This document shows positions 18,957 through 29,582 of a DNA stretch of 64,000 nucleotides, piece after piece. Origin of the DNA: an uncultured Alphaproteobacteria bacterium (lineage in GTDB: Bacteria > Pseudomonadota > Alphaproteobacteria > Rhizobiales > Xanthobacteraceae); contig CAWHFN010000012.1 in NCBI GenBank assembly GCA_963828475.1, forward strand, positions 25,439 through 89,438. The letters run 5' to 3'. The translations under genes and the position numbers were made by a program. The notes below the pieces were generated by a model. The model made no database searches. It saw only the letters and a program-made list of their open reading frames with translations, and had not been told where the DNA came from. Every line of letters begins with the position of its first letter. Position 1 is the stretch's first letter.

Positions 18957-20885
18957 CTAGATCGTGACCTGCGTTCCCACTTCCACCACGCGGCCGGTCG
19001 GAATCTGGAAATAATCCGTGGCGTCGTTGGCGGAGCGGCTAAGGCGGATGAACAGCAAATCCTGCCAGCGCGGCATGCCCGAATGCGCGGCCGGCTTCAG
19101 CGCGCGGCGGGACAGGAAGAACGACGTCGACATGATGTCGAACTGCCAGCCGAGCTTGCGGGCGATCGCCAGCGTCTTCGGCACGTTGGGCTGCTCCATG
19201 AAGCCGAATTTCAGCGTCACCCGCGAGAAGGTCTCGCTGAGTTGCTCCATCCGCACCCGCTCGGCCGGGTCGATCCGCGGCGTCGGCGCGGTCTCGATGG
19301 TGAGGATGACGTTCTTCTCGTGCAGCACCTTGTAGTGCTTGAGGCTGTGCATCAGCGCCGTTGGCGCACATTCGGGATCGCTGGTCAGGAACACGGCCGT
19401 GCCCGAGACGCGCTGCGGCGGACGCTTCTCCAGCATCGCCACCAGATCGGCCAGCGGAAATTCCAGCTTGCGTGATTTTTCGAACAGCAGCCGGCTGCCG
19501 CGCCGCCACGTGTACATCAGGAGCATCACAATGCCGCCGAGCGCCAGCGGCACCCAGCCGCCCTCGAACACCTTCAACAGATTGGCGGCGAGGAAGGTGA
19601 GATCGAGGAACAAAAACGGTGCGATCAGCGCTGCCGCCGCGACCGGCGACCATTTCCAGACCCGCCAGATCACGACAAAGCCCATCATGGCCGTGACCAC
19701 CATGGTTCCGGTCACGGAGATGCCATAGGCCGAGGCCAGCGCGCTCGACGAGCGGAACAGACCCACCAGCAGTATCACCGCAATCAACAGCAGCAGATTG
19801 ATGCGGGGAATGTAGATCTGGCCGGAATGGGCTTCCGACGTATGGCGAATTTCGAACCGCGGCAGCAGCCCAAGCTGGATCGCCGTACGCGTCAGCGAAT
19901 AGGCGCCGGTGATGACGGCCTGGCTCGCGATCACGGTCGCCGCCGTCGCCAGCGCCACCATCGGGATCAGCGCCCAGTCCGGGAACATCAGGAAAAACGG
20001 ATTCTCGATCGTCTTGGGGTCGGCGATCAACAGCGCGCCCTGCCCCAGATAATTTATCGCCAGCGACGGCAGCACGATGAAGAGCCAGGCGGTCTGGATC
20101 GGCCGCTTGCCGAAATGGCCGAGGTCGGCGTAGAGCGCCTCCGCGCCGGTGACGGCCAGAAACACCGCGCCGAGCGTCACGAAGCCGATCATGCCGTGAT
20201 GGAGCATGAAGGAGACGGCATGAAACGGGTTCAGCGCCAGCAGCACTTCGGGATGACGCGCAATCTGCGGCACGGCCGCGACCGCGATGACGGCGAACCA
20301 GACGCACATCACCGGCCCGAAGAACGCAGCGACGCGCGCGGTGCCGCGGGATTGCACGGCAAACAGCGCCACCAGGATGATCACCGTCAGCGGCACGACA
20401 TAGTGCTCGAAGGTTACCGTGACGAGCTTGATGCCCTCGATCGCCGACAATACCGACAGCGCCGGCGTAATGACTGCGTCGCCGTAAAACAGCGCGCCGG
20501 AAATGATGCCGAGCAACATGATTGCGGCCCCGCCCCTGGTGACCGCGCGCTGCGCCAGCGCCATCAGCGCCAGCGTTCCGCCCTCGCCATTATTGTCGGC
20601 GCGCAGCAGGATGACGACGTATTTCAGCGTCACCACCACGATCAGCGCCCACAGGATCAGCGAGAGCACGCCGAGCACGGCCTGCGGCGCGGCAGCGGCT
20701 GAAGTCGTCCCGCTGGCGGCAACCACCGCCTCGCGCAGCGCGTAAAGCGGGCTGGTGCCGATGTCGCCATAGACGACGCCGATGCTGCCGAGCATCAGCG
20801 CCCTGAAGGTGGCCGTGGAATGCGCTTCGCCATGCCCATTGGCCGCGGGCGTTTCCACCGCGGGGATCGCAAACTGGACTGACAT
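18957..20885 (-). CDS. kup: KUP/HAK/KT potassium transporter, copy 1
   Basis: [32 protein letters not shown] and [10 protein letters not shown] motifs; start ATG 20885. Confidence 0.95.
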   Translation of the reverse strand: MSVQFAIPAVETPAANGHGEAHSTATFRALMLGSIGVVYGDIGTSPLYALREAVVAASGTTSAAAAPQAVLGVLSLILWALIVVVTLKYVVILLRADNNGEGGTLALMALAQRAVTRGGAAIMLLGIISGALFYGDAVITPALSVLSAIEGIKLVTVTFEHYVVPLTVIILVALFAVQSRGTARVAAFFGPVMCVWFAVIAVAAVPQIARHPEVLLALNPFHAVSFMLHHGMIGFVTLGAVFLAVTGAEALYADLGHFGKRPIQTAWLFIVLPSLAINYLGQGALLIADPKTIENPFFLMFPDWALIPMVALATAATVIASQAVITGAYSLTRTAIQLGLLPRFEIRHTSEAHSGQIYIPRINLLLLIAVILLVGLFRSSSALASAYGISVTGTMVVTAMMGFVVIWRVWKWSPVAAAALIAPFLFLDLTFLAANLLKVFEGGWVPLALGGIVMLLMYTWRRGSRLLFEKSRKLEFPLADLVAMLEKRPPQRVSGTAVFLTSDPECAPTALMHSLKHYKVLHEKNVILTIETAPTPRIDPAERVRMEQLSETFSRVTLKFGFMEQPNVPKTLAIARKLGWQFDIMSTSFFLSRRALKPAAHSGMPRWQDLLFIRLSRSANDATDYFQIPTGRVVEVGTQVTI

Positions 20886-21035
20886 GAGAGGGGGCCTCGT
20901 TTGCCGCACTGCACAATGCAGGAGGGCAGCCCTATACTCCCAGCACGCCTGCATAGGTTAGCCGGAATTCAGGCCTCCGCTATGCGTCGCCCGCATGGAT
21001 CGGAACAGTCCGCCGATATGAATAATCATTATGTA

Positions 21036-22934
21036 TCAGATAGTTACCTGAGTTCCAACTTCCACCACCCGGCCAGTGGGGATCTGGAAGTAGTCGGTGG
21101 CGTCGTTCGCCGACCGGCTCATGGCGATGAACAGATGGTCCTGCCACAGCGGCATGCCCGACTGCGCCGAGGGCTTGAGTGACCGCCGCGACACGAAGAA
21201 CGACGTCGCCATGATGTCGAACTGCCAGCCGAGTTTGCGCGCGATCACCAGCGCCTTGGGTACGTTCGGCGATTCCATGAAGCCGAACCGCAATCGCACG
21301 GTGGAAAACTTCTCGCTGATGGCTTCCATCTTGACCCGCTCGGACAGATCGACGCGCGGCGTCTCGGCGGTTTCGATGGTCAGGATCACATTGTGCTCAT
21401 GCAGCACCTTGTTGTGCTTGAGGTTGTGCATCAGCGCGGTCGGCACGAAGCTCGGATCGGAGGTGAGAAACACCGCCGTGCCCTTGACGATGTGGGGCGG
21501 ACGCTTTTCCAGGCTCTTGATCAGGTCCGCCAGCGGCACCTCGATGCGCCGCGTCTTGGCGACCAAGATCGTCGCACCCCGACGCCAGGTCCAGATCATC
21601 ACCGCCACGGAGATGCCGAACAGCAGCGGCACCCAGGCGCCTTCGAACAGCTTCAAGAGGTTGGCGGCAAAGAAGCTCATGTCGACGACGACGAAAGGCA
21701 GGATCACGGCCGCTGCCGTCGCCGCGCGCCAGTTCCACAATTTCCAGACCACGACAAAGCCCATGATGCCGTCGACCACCATGGTCGTGGAAACGGCGAT
21801 GCCGTAGGCCGACGCCAGACCGCTCGAGGTGCGGAACAATAGCACCAGCAGCACGACCCCGATCAGCAGCAGCCGGTTGACGCGCGGCAGATAGATCTGG
21901 CCGGCATGGGTTTCCGAGGTATAGCGAACCTCGAAGCGCGGCAGGAGGCCGAGCTGCACGGCCTGACGGATCAGCGAAAAGGCGCCTGTGATCACCGCCT
22001 GGCTCGCGATCACGGTCGCAGCCGTCGCCAGCACCACCAGCGGCAGCAGCAGGATTTCGGGGACCAGCCGGTAGAACGGATTTTCGATCGCCGCCGGATT
22101 GGACAACACCAGCGCGCCCTGCCCGAAATAATTGATCAGTAGCGCCGGCATCACGAGATAGAACCATCCGGCCTGGATCGGCTTGCGTCCGAAATGGCCG
22201 AGATCGGCGTAAAGCGCCTCGCCGCCGGTCACGGCCAGAAACACCAGGCCCATCGTCACCAACCCGATGGTGCCGTGGGAAAGCATGAACCAGATAGCAT
22301 ACCAGGGATTGATCGCCGCCATGACCGTGGGATCGTCCGAAATGTGGACGAGGCCCATCACCGCCAATGTCGCGAACCAGATCACCATGACCGGCCCGAA
22401 GGCGGAGGCGACGCGCGCGGTGCCGCTGCTCTGCACCGAGAACAGGACGACCAGAATGAAGATCGTCAGCGGCACCACATAATGTTCGAGCCCGGGCGTG
22501 ACCAGCTTGAGACCTTCGACCGCCGACAGCACCGAAATCGCCGGCGTGATCATGGAATCGCCGATGAACATCGAGGCGCCAACCACGCCGAGCGCCAGCA
22601 ACGGCCAGCTCCGCCGGCCGAGCGCCCGCTGCCCCAGCGCCATCAGCGACAACGTACCGCCCTCGCCGTTGTTGTCGGCGCGCAACAGCAGCAGCACATA
22701 TTTGGCGGTCACGACGATGAACAACGACCACAGGATCAGCGAGAGCACGCCGAGAACGATGGTGCGCGACACCGGCGCCCCATTTGCGGCGTGGGTAACG
22801 GCCTCACGGAATGCATACAGCGGCGAGGTTCCGATATCGCCGAACACGACGCCGATGCTTCCCAGCGTCAAGGCCAAAAAGCCTGAGGTGGCCTGCCCCT
22901 CATGGGCTTCGGTAGATGTGACGCTGACAGTCAT
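21036..22934 (-). CDS. kup: KUP/HAK/KT potassium transporter, copy 2
   Basis: [25 protein letters not shown] and the same C-terminus; start ATG 22934. Confidence 0.95.
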   Translation of the reverse strand: MTVSVTSTEAHEGQATSGFLALTLGSIGVVFGDIGTSPLYAFREAVTHAANGAPVSRTIVLGVLSLILWSLFIVVTAKYVLLLLRADNNGEGGTLSLMALGQRALGRRSWPLLALGVVGASMFIGDSMITPAISVLSAVEGLKLVTPGLEHYVVPLTIFILVVLFSVQSSGTARVASAFGPVMVIWFATLAVMGLVHISDDPTVMAAINPWYAIWFMLSHGTIGLVTMGLVFLAVTGGEALYADLGHFGRKPIQAGWFYLVMPALLINYFGQGALVLSNPAAIENPFYRLVPEILLLPLVVLATAATVIASQAVITGAFSLIRQAVQLGLLPRFEVRYTSETHAGQIYLPRVNRLLLIGVVLLVLLFRTSSGLASAYGIAVSTTMVVDGIMGFVVVWKLWNWRAATAAAVILPFVVVDMSFFAANLLKLFEGAWVPLLFGISVAVMIWTWRRGATILVAKTRRIEVPLADLIKSLEKRPPHIVKGTAVFLTSDPSFVPTALMHNLKHNKVLHEHNVILTIETAETPRVDLSERVKMEAISEKFSTVRLRFGFMESPNVPKALVIARKLGWQFDIMATSFFVSRRSLKPSAQSGMPLWQDHLFIAMSRSANDATDYFQIPTGRVVEVGTQVTI

Positions 22935-23092
22935 GATGGAGGGGAACGTTCTCGTCGTTGGTTTGATCCGGGCGGCTATCGACGCTTCCGCGCTGCCTGT
23001 CAATCGTCGGGCAAGCATAGCACCGCATGCGATGCGTAGCTCACGCAAAGCGGATCGAAATGACGAGATGGTATTATGGTAGTTCCGCCGTA

Positions 23093-23920
23093 TTACGGCT
23101 TGAGGTTTGGCGGAAGCGGCGGATTTTCGCGCATCAATGTGATGGTGACGCGACGGTTTGCCGGCAATGTCGGATCGTCGGGAAACAATGGCTGGCTGTC
23201 GGCCCTGCCGCCGACGGCGAAGATATGCGACGGCGGCAAACCCTCGCGTTCGAGAATCTGGCGCACGGCGTTGGCGCGGTCCGCCGACAGATCGAACGCG
23301 CCATATTCGCTGCGCGCCGGCACGAAACCGGCCGAGGTGTGGCCGACAATGTTGACCCGCAGCGGGGTCGCCTTCAACGGCACGGCCAGTTTCTGGATCA
23401 GCCGGCGGGTGCGGTCGTACGGCACCTTGGAGCCGTCGGCGAACATCGAGCGCCCGTCCTGATCGACGATTTCGAGATTGAGCCCCTCTCTGGTTTCCTC
23501 GAACATGATGTGCTTGGACACTTCGGTCAGTTCCGGCATGTCCTGCAACGCCTGGCGCAACGAGGCCGAGGCGAGCGCGAACTCGCGATCGACCTTCAGT
23601 CGGGCGCCGACCTCACTCTGCCGGTCCTTTTCGTCGGGTGTCGGCGTATTGGAGGCGTCCTCAGGCGAAATATGCGCGACATTCTTCATATTCGGCCGCG
23701 TCGGCAGGCCGTCGGATTCGACGATGCCGGAATATCGGGCCTCGGTCTGCACGCCGAACGCTTCACGCATCGAGCCGGCGACGATCTTCAACTTGGCGGC
23801 ATCCTGCGTGGAAAATGCGACCAACATCACGAAAAATGCCAGCAGCAGCGCCATCAGATCGGCAAAGGTCACGAACCAGCCGTGGCCGCCGTGCGCCTCT
23901 TCGCGTTTTTTCTTGGCCAT
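23093..23920 (-). CDS. motB: Flagellar stator B subunit (MotB/PomB family, OmpA-like domain)
   Basis: [21 protein letters not shown] segment; [14 protein letters not shown] and NRRV peptidoglycan-binding motifs. Confidence 0.9.
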   Translation of the reverse strand: MAKKKREEAHGGHGWFVTFADLMALLLAFFVMLVAFSTQDAAKLKIVAGSMREAFGVQTEARYSGIVESDGLPTRPNMKNVAHISPEDASNTPTPDEKDRQSEVGARLKVDREFALASASLRQALQDMPELTEVSKHIMFEETREGLNLEIVDQDGRSMFADGSKVPYDRTRRLIQKLAVPLKATPLRVNIVGHTSAGFVPARSEYGAFDLSADRANAVRQILEREGLPPSHIFAVGGRADSQPLFPDDPTLPANRRVTITLMRENPPLPPNLKP

Positions 23921-23951
23921 GCTCTATCTCCCGCCGGGATGCCGTCGTCGA

Positions 23952-24725
23952 TCAGGCAGGAACCAGTTCGCCTTCGTCGTGGCGATGTTTTTCAGGCAGG
24001 TAGGCCAGCAGCATCTCGCGCACCAGCGCCGGGCTCTTGGAATCGCGGATCATCAGGATGCCGTCGATGATCAGCGTGCGATTGGTTTCCTCGTCGAGCA
24101 GCTTGCCGTGCAGCTTGTCGGCAATCGGCAGGCAGATCAGGTTCGCCACCAGCGCGCCGTAGAGCGTCGCCAGCAGTGCGGTCGCCATAAACGGGCCGAG
24201 CTTCGAGGGGTCCGACATGTTCGAAAACATCTGCACCATGCCGATCAGGGTTCCAATCATGCCGAACGCAGGAGCGCAGTCACCCATGGCGCGATAGATC
24301 TTGCTGCCTTCGTTGAGATGCATCAGGAAGTTGTCGCGGTCGCGCTCCATGTTGTCGCGGATGAATTCGAGATCGTAGCCGTCGGCGACGTAGCGAATGC
24401 CCTTAGCGAGAAACGGCTCGGCGGTTTCGACTTTTTCCAGTCCAACCGGACCCTGCTTGCGGGCAATCTCGGCGATGCGAGCTAGTTCGTCGACCAGATC
24501 GCGCGCCGACAGCCGGCTCATCGTGAAGGCAAACTTCAGACCCAGCGGCAGACCGTGCAGCATGACGCCCAGCGGAAATCTGATCATGGTCGCGGCGGTT
24601 GTGCCGCCGAAGATGATGATCATCGCGTGTTCGCTGATGAACATGTGCAGATCGCCGCCCATGAACACCATCGCCGCAATAACGGCGAAACCAGCCACAA
24701 GCCCGGCGGCCGTCATAATATCCAT
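23952..24725 (-). CDS. motA: Flagellar stator A subunit (PomA-like)
   Basis: APAFGMIGTLIGMV and ALLATLYG motifs; start ATG 24725 (MDIMTAAG). Confidence 0.9.
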   Translation of the reverse strand: MDIMTAAGLVAGFAVIAAMVFMGGDLHMFISEHAMIIIFGGTTAATMIRFPLGVMLHGLPLGLKFAFTMSRLSARDLVDELARIAEIARKQGPVGLEKVETAEPFLAKGIRYVADGYDLEFIRDNMERDRDNFLMHLNEGSKIYRAMGDCAPAFGMIGTLIGMVQMFSNMSDPSKLGPFMATALLATLYGALVANLICLPIADKLHGKLLDEETNRTLIIDGILMIRDSKSPALVREMLLAYLPEKHRHDEGELVPA

Positions 24726-24810
24726 GAAAAACTCCGACGCGTACGCGATACCCGGCCATTCTGGACGGTGCGCGACCCAAGCAACGTAGCGCAAACCTAC
24801 GACCTCGCCA

Positions 24811-24825
24811 TTAAAGAGGCGTAAA
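24811..24825. promoter_or_regulatory. Imperfect CtrA box (TTAA-N7-TAAA) upstream of the stator operon
   Basis: One mismatch to TTAA-N7-TTAA; CtrA control of flagellar genes is established in Alphaproteobacteria. Confidence 0.4.
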
Positions 24826-24916
24826 GCTTAAACTCGACGAGGGATCGTAGAAATGCGGGTGTAACCCGCGCGATCGCAAGGATTCGCTAACCATGATGCG
24901 TCCGCTCGCGCCGGCG

Positions 24917-25551
24917 TTACCACCTCAGGATACGCCTGCCGGCGAAATAGCCGGCCAGCACCACGGAGCCGATGGCGAGTGGATACCAGGTGATGACGAA
25001 CAACGGACTGTCGTCGAAGCAGTTCGCCGCATAGAATACGGCTGCAAGGCTGCCCGCAGCAAGACCAGCCGCCGCGCCGGCCAATCCCGGATTTGCCGGC
25101 GCACCGCTTTTCAGCGCCATGATGAAGAGCGCGAGCGGACCGCTGGCGAGCAGCGGGATCAATGTCATGCAGTTCGGGGCGTTGCTGCCGACCAGGCGGA
25201 CCGACCAGTCCGATCGCGATGTCGTCAGCAATTCGGCAGCGACGCCGGCGGCAAGCAGCATCAACGGAACGAGCAGCAATCTGGCCCACCAGCCCCGTTC
25301 GAATACCGGCCCGATGCTTCGGTACAATGCGGCCAGAGATACCGCAGCGAGCGGCACGACGACCGCAAATTTGAACAGGAAGCGAACGGTGCGCAGCGCG
25401 GCGTCGATGTCGTCGCGGAAGCCGATCCTGGAGAAGAAAAAATCGCAACAACGGCGATGGCCGGCACGAAGGCCGCCAAGAACGTCAGCCACGGTTTTCG
25501 TCCGACGACCCGGTCGGCAACCAGCGCCTGAATGAAATCTTCCGTTGTCAT
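24917..25551 (-). CDS. NrsF/OsrA-like (DUF1109) anti-sigma membrane protein; -1 frameshift in an A6 run near 25437-25442
   Basis: MTTEDFIQAL start, FLFKF, NCMTLIPLLASGP, GAPANPGLAGA and NCFDDSPLFVITWY motifs; 635 nt, one short of 212 codons. Confidence 0.75.
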
Positions 25552-25628
25552 CGCAAGATATCCCTGCAGAGCCTGCAAGCGGCCTTCGCAGTGCCGACGA
25601 GGCTGCGCCCGATAGTCCCGTCCACTAC

Positions 25629-25654
25629 TTCGCGCGGACCTCGCCGAATGTTAC
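25629..25654 (-). promoter_or_regulatory. SigF/EcfF-type ECF promoter (GTAACA-N16-CGAA)
   Basis: Exact spacing on the minus strand, 78 nt upstream of the DUF1109 gene; matches the GTAAC-N16-CGAA consensus recalled for Caulobacter SigF and B. japonicum EcfF. Confidence 0.65.
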
Positions 25655-25701
25655 TCACCTCCACAGTTCGCCGAACAAAAGGTCAAAACCTCCAGGAAAG
25701 A

Positions 25702-26238
25702 TCAGGGCCTCGGGGCGAGTTGCTCCAGCGTTTTGCGCACCTGATCGTGGTGCCTCCGTCGCGCGATCCATTCCTCCAGCGACAGCTTGCCGGGTCCACC
25801 CAACGCCAGCGCCACCAGCCCAGCCAGATAAAGCAGCAGGATTTCGTAGCCGACCGACCCGAATCTGATTCCGGTTTCGGTGACTTCCGCGAGCTTCACC
25901 GAGAAGAACCCGTATGGCAGGTGGACCGTAACGAGCGCCGTCAGCAGAACGCCCGCCATCGGTATGCTGACCCACGGGATCAATACGCCAAGCATCACCG
26001 CCGCGCCCCCGATCAGTTCCGTCAGCGTCGCCGCCCATGCCGCCAACTCGGGCGCGGGGACGCCGAGCGTGTGCAGAACGACCGCGAAAGTCTCCGGGCC
26101 ACGCGAGAACTTGGCATAGCCATGGGCCATGAAGCCGTAGCCGACCGCAAGGCGGATCGGCAGCGGCGCCCAGGCGGCAAGCGCGGGCATCAATGACGTC
26201 GAGGCTTTCTCGGAAGGCGGGCTTGGAATTTTCATCAT
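25702..26238 (-). CDS. DoxX family membrane protein
   Basis: RLAVGYGFMAHGYAK, ELIGGAAVMLG, GYEILL and GPGKLSLE motifs; start 26238. Confidence 0.85.
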   Translation of the reverse strand: MMKIPSPPSEKASTSLMPALAAWAPLPIRLAVGYGFMAHGYAKFSRGPETFAVVLHTLGVPAPELAAWAATLTELIGGAAVMLGVLIPWVSIPMAGVLLTALVTVHLPYGFFSVKLAEVTETGIRFGSVGYEILLLYLAGLVALALGGPGKLSLEEWIARRRHHDQVRKTLEQLAPRP

Positions 26239-26286
26239 TTCTATTCCGATTGTTGGTTGACGGTCATCGCGCATCAAGGCGCGCCT

Positions 26287-26303
26287 CCTTAAGCCAGCCT
26301 TAA
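26287..26303. promoter_or_regulatory. OmpR-family tandem box CCTTAAGCCAGCCTTAA, copy upstream of doxX
   Basis: Identical to 29583-29599; 11-bp periodic direct repeat. Confidence 0.7.
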
Positions 26304-26339
26304 ATCGCGACGGCGCGGGCATCACCCGATCGATCACGC

Positions 26340-27005
26340 TCAGAGAACCACGACCTTGGCGCCGAGCGGAACGCGGGCATAGAGATCGATGACGTCCTGG
26401 TTCATCATGCGGATGCAGCCGGAGGAAACCGCCTTGCCGATGCTGTCGGGCTCGGTCGTGCCATGGATCCGGTAGCGCGTGTCCTGCCCGTTCCTGAACA
26501 GGTAGAGCGCCCTGGCGCCGAGCGGATTTCCCGCGCCGCCGTCCATGCCGCCGGCCCACTTCGCGTAGCGTTTCGGCTCGCGCGCGATCATGGCCGGCGT
26601 CGGCGTCCAATGCGGCCATTCCTTCTTCTCCTGCACCGTGCCCGTGCCCGCAAAGGCCAGCCCTTCGCGGCCGACGCCGACGCCGTAACGGATGGCCTTG
26701 CCGCCTTTCTGGACCAGATAGAGAAAGCGCTTGTGGGGGTCGACCACGACGGTGCCAGGCGGGTTCGTCGAGCGATAGTCGACGATCTGCTTGAGGTATT
26801 GAGGATCGACATGCGATGTGTCGACGGCGTCCACCGCAAATTTCTCGGCCGCGCGCGCGGCGTAATGCGCGGTCACCGGCGACGGAACGCCTGAAAATTC
26901 GGAGTTTCGTAGCCCGTCGCCGGTGACCGCGCATCCGGCAAGGGCGAGCGACAGCAGCAATGCGGCGAGCCGCCGGCGTGCCTGTCGAGCGAACAGGTTC
27001 ATCAT
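26340..27005 (-). CDS. L,D-transpeptidase (YkuD family) lipoprotein
   Basis: LAGC lipobox, NPLGARALYL, YRIHGT…SSGCIRM. Confidence 0.9.
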   Translation of the reverse strand: MMNLFARQARRRLAALLLSLALAGCAVTGDGLRNSEFSGVPSPVTAHYAARAAEKFAVDAVDTSHVDPQYLKQIVDYRSTNPPGTVVVDPHKRFLYLVQKGGKAIRYGVGVGREGLAFAGTGTVQEKKEWPHWTPTPAMIAREPKRYAKWAGGMDGGAGNPLGARALYLFRNGQDTRYRIHGTTEPDSIGKAVSSGCIRMMNQDVIDLYARVPLGAKVVVL

Positions 27006-27041
27006 GATTTCGGTATCCGGATTAGGTTTGTGCAGCCTGGA

Positions 27042-27686
27042 CTATTTGGTCGTCTTCGCCCGCGCCCGCGCATCCGCCACGACCTTGATGAAGCCGTCAT
27101 AGTTGAGCGCCTGGTTGACCTTGTAGGCGCCGACCAGGAAGCCGGGAGTGCCTTGCAGGCCGATCGCGTCGGCAATGCTCAGGTTGCGCTTGATCAGGCG
27201 CAGGATGTCATCGGCGTGCGCCGCGATATCGGCGTCGAGCCGCGGCTGGTCGACGCCGGTCTTTCGGACCGCCTCCAGCATCTGCTCCCGGGAGATGCCG
27301 TAGCCCGGGATATCCATCAGCGCATGGTGAACCGGCAGATATTGGTCCTGATATTTCGCACCCAGCGCCAGCCGGGCGCCGACGATCGAGGTCTCGGCCA
27401 GGATCGGCCAGTCCTTGTAGACGAGGCGGATATTGCCGTCGGCCTTGACGATCTTTTCAAGGCTCTTTGCCGCCATCTTGCAGTACGGGCAGTTGTAGTC
27501 GAAGAAATCGACAACGGTGAGATCGCCATCGGGATTTCCAGCCACCGGCGCGTCCGGATCGTTCAGGATCATGTCGTGCGTGATGTGATTGTCGTCAGCG
27601 CGCGCCTGTCCTGGAATGACGAGTACGGCGGACATCGCCGCCAAGCGCAGGAATCCGGCGCGAGATATCGGATCGAGCATGTTCAT
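27042..27686 (-). CDS. DsbA-family (Com1/ScsC-like) thioredoxin-fold oxidoreductase
   Basis: FFDYNCPYC active site, YKDWPIL and GTPGF cis-Pro loop; export signal; RBS GGAG. Confidence 0.85.
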   Translation of the reverse strand: MNMLDPISRAGFLRLAAMSAVLVIPGQARADDNHITHDMILNDPDAPVAGNPDGDLTVVDFFDYNCPYCKMAAKSLEKIVKADGNIRLVYKDWPILAETSIVGARLALGAKYQDQYLPVHHALMDIPGYGISREQMLEAVRKTGVDQPRLDADIAAHADDILRLIKRNLSIADAIGLQGTPGFLVGAYKVNQALNYDGFIKVVADARARAKTTK

Positions 27687-27701
27687 TTCTCCTTGAAGGG
27701 G

Positions 27702-29537
27702 TTAGACGCGTGAGGCCTTGATGCGTGAGACCTTGGCGATCTTGCCGAGGAACCCATCGACGCCGATGTCGCCCACGACGCGCGCCTCGGCGATCTCGGT
27801 TCCGTCGGGATTGAGGAAGACGATCGTCGGCGGCCCGACCACCGCGAAACGCTGCATCAGATTTTTGCTCGACAGGTCGAAATGGGTGAGGTCGGCGCGA
27901 ATGAGCAGCATGCCGCGAAGCCGCTGCTGCACCTCGTCGCGGGCAAAGATGTTTTGCTCCATGAGCCGGCATTCGGTGCACCAGTCGGCCGAAAAATCGA
28001 CCATGATGGCCGTGCCCTGCTTGCGGCCGAGGTCGATCGCCTTGTCGAGTTCGGCTTCATTGGACACGACCTGGAAACCGCCGGCGCGGGCGTCCGGGGC
28101 CGAGGCGACCAGGCCGGCGGAAATCAGGGGCCGCAGCGGCCCATAGTCGGAGAGCGCGGCTCCGATGACGAGGACACAACCGTAAAACAGCGCCAGCACG
28201 CCGGAGGCGGCTCTCGCAAGGTTGGCCGGCCGCCACCGCGGCTCCTCAAACAGCGAGGGAACATCGAGGTAGAGGCCGACTGCGATACACAATCCGCCCG
28301 ATGCGGTCGCGGTTAGCGCGACCGGCAAAACGCGCGAAGCCATCCAGATCGCCAGCGCGACGAAGATGAAGCCGAAAATATGCTTCACACGCAACAGCCA
28401 TGCACCCGAGCGCGGCAGTATCCGTGTGCCGAGCACGCCGAACGCGATCAGCGGAAGCCCCATGCCGAGCCCGAGCGAGAACAGCGCCAGCGAACCGCGC
28501 AGCACATCGCCGGTTTGCGCCACATACACCAGCGCCGCGGCGAGTGGCGGCGTCACGCATGGACCGACAATCAGCGCCGATCCAAAGCCCATAAGTGCGG
28601 CGCCGCCGATCGACCCTTTGCTTCCGGCTGCCGCCGTCAGCCTCGCGGTCCAGGATTGCGGCAACTGCAATTCGTAAAGACCAAACATCGATAGCCCGAG
28701 GGCGACAAATGCCGCACTCATGGCCAGCACAGCCGGCGGCGTCTGCAGCGATGCCTGCAGATTTTCGCCGGACCAGGCAACGAAGATTCCAAGCGTGCCG
28801 TACGCTGTCGCCATCGCCAGAACGTAGGACACGGAGAGCACGAAACTGCGCGGCACGGATATACGGCCACCGGCGCGTGCGAGCATTCCCGACAGAATCG
28901 GAATCATCGGAAACACGCAGGGCGTCAGCGACAACAGCAGTCCGAATCCCAAGAATGCCAGCACCGTCGAAGCAAGGCTGCCGCCGAGCGTGCCGGCCTC
29001 GGTTTCGAGGCCGCCCGACGACGAAGGCGTCCAGGTCGGAACGTCGGGATTATCCTCGTTGCCGCCATGGGTCGGCGGGGGCATCGTCGCGCTTCCCGCC
29101 TGCGCGTCCTCGATCAGCAATGTCGCGAGGTCGATAGCCTTCGAGATTGGCGGGTAGCAGATCGAATTTTCAGCGCAGCCCTGATAGGTGACGACGATGC
29201 GACCCTTCTCCGGCAGCAATTCCGCCGGTACCGTCGCGATGCCCGTGCCGTGATAGACTTCGGTCAGACCGAAATTCGGATCGTCTTTGGGGTCGCCCTT
29301 TTCCGCCGCGATCCTGATGCGCTGGCCAGCGAGGGTGACGGCAATCCGGTCACGATAGAGGTAGTGGCCGGGGGCGATCGACCAGGTCAGTTCGATCCCC
29401 TCCTCCTCATCCAGTTGCGCGCGGAGCTGGAAGGCCTGATCCGCCGGCATCGGCGTCGCCGCCCAAACGGAACCGGCGGCAGCCATCACAAGCCTCAGCA
29501 GCAACGTAACGAAACCGGCAATGCGAACGTAGGGCAT
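27702..29537 (-). CDS. dsbD: Thiol:disulfide interchange protein DsbD
   Basis: Three redox modules: QGCAENSICYPP, LTPCVFPM/GPCVTPP and ADWCTEC; start ATG 29537 after AGAAGG. Confidence 0.92.
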   Translation of the reverse strand: MPYVRIAGFVTLLLRLVMAAAGSVWAATPMPADQAFQLRAQLDEEEGIELTWSIAPGHYLYRDRIAVTLAGQRIRIAAEKGDPKDDPNFGLTEVYHGTGIATVPAELLPEKGRIVVTYQGCAENSICYPPISKAIDLATLLIEDAQAGSATMPPPTHGGNEDNPDVPTWTPSSSGGLETEAGTLGGSLASTVLAFLGFGLLLSLTPCVFPMIPILSGMLARAGGRISVPRSFVLSVSYVLAMATAYGTLGIFVAWSGENLQASLQTPPAVLAMSAAFVALGLSMFGLYELQLPQSWTARLTAAAGSKGSIGGAALMGFGSALIVGPCVTPPLAAALVYVAQTGDVLRGSLALFSLGLGMGLPLIAFGVLGTRILPRSGAWLLRVKHIFGFIFVALAIWMASRVLPVALTATASGGLCIAVGLYLDVPSLFEEPRWRPANLARAASGVLALFYGCVLVIGAALSDYGPLRPLISAGLVASAPDARAGGFQVVSNEAELDKAIDLGRKQGTAIMVDFSADWCTECRLMEQNIFARDEVQQRLRGMLLIRADLTHFDLSSKNLMQRFAVVGPPTIVFLNPDGTEIAEARVVGDIGVDGFLGKIAKVSRIKASRV

Positions 29538-29582
29538 GGGGTACCTTCTGTGAACGATCCGGCGGCCCATGTGGCCTTGCGA

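Noticed and set aside
24861-24886. GTAACC as a second SigF-type promoter
   Set aside because: Position +16 reads TTCG, not CGAA, and it points into the 3' end of a gene
25552-25628. Possible remnant of an ECF sigma gene upstream of the DUF1109 gene
   Set aside because: None of the three frames gives a convincing sigma region 4 match, and the space is too short after the promoter
25702-26934. Apparent 410-aa ORF fusing DoxX with upstream sequence
   Set aside because: The upstream part is an alternative frame of the L,D-transpeptidase; DoxX has its own start and regulatory box
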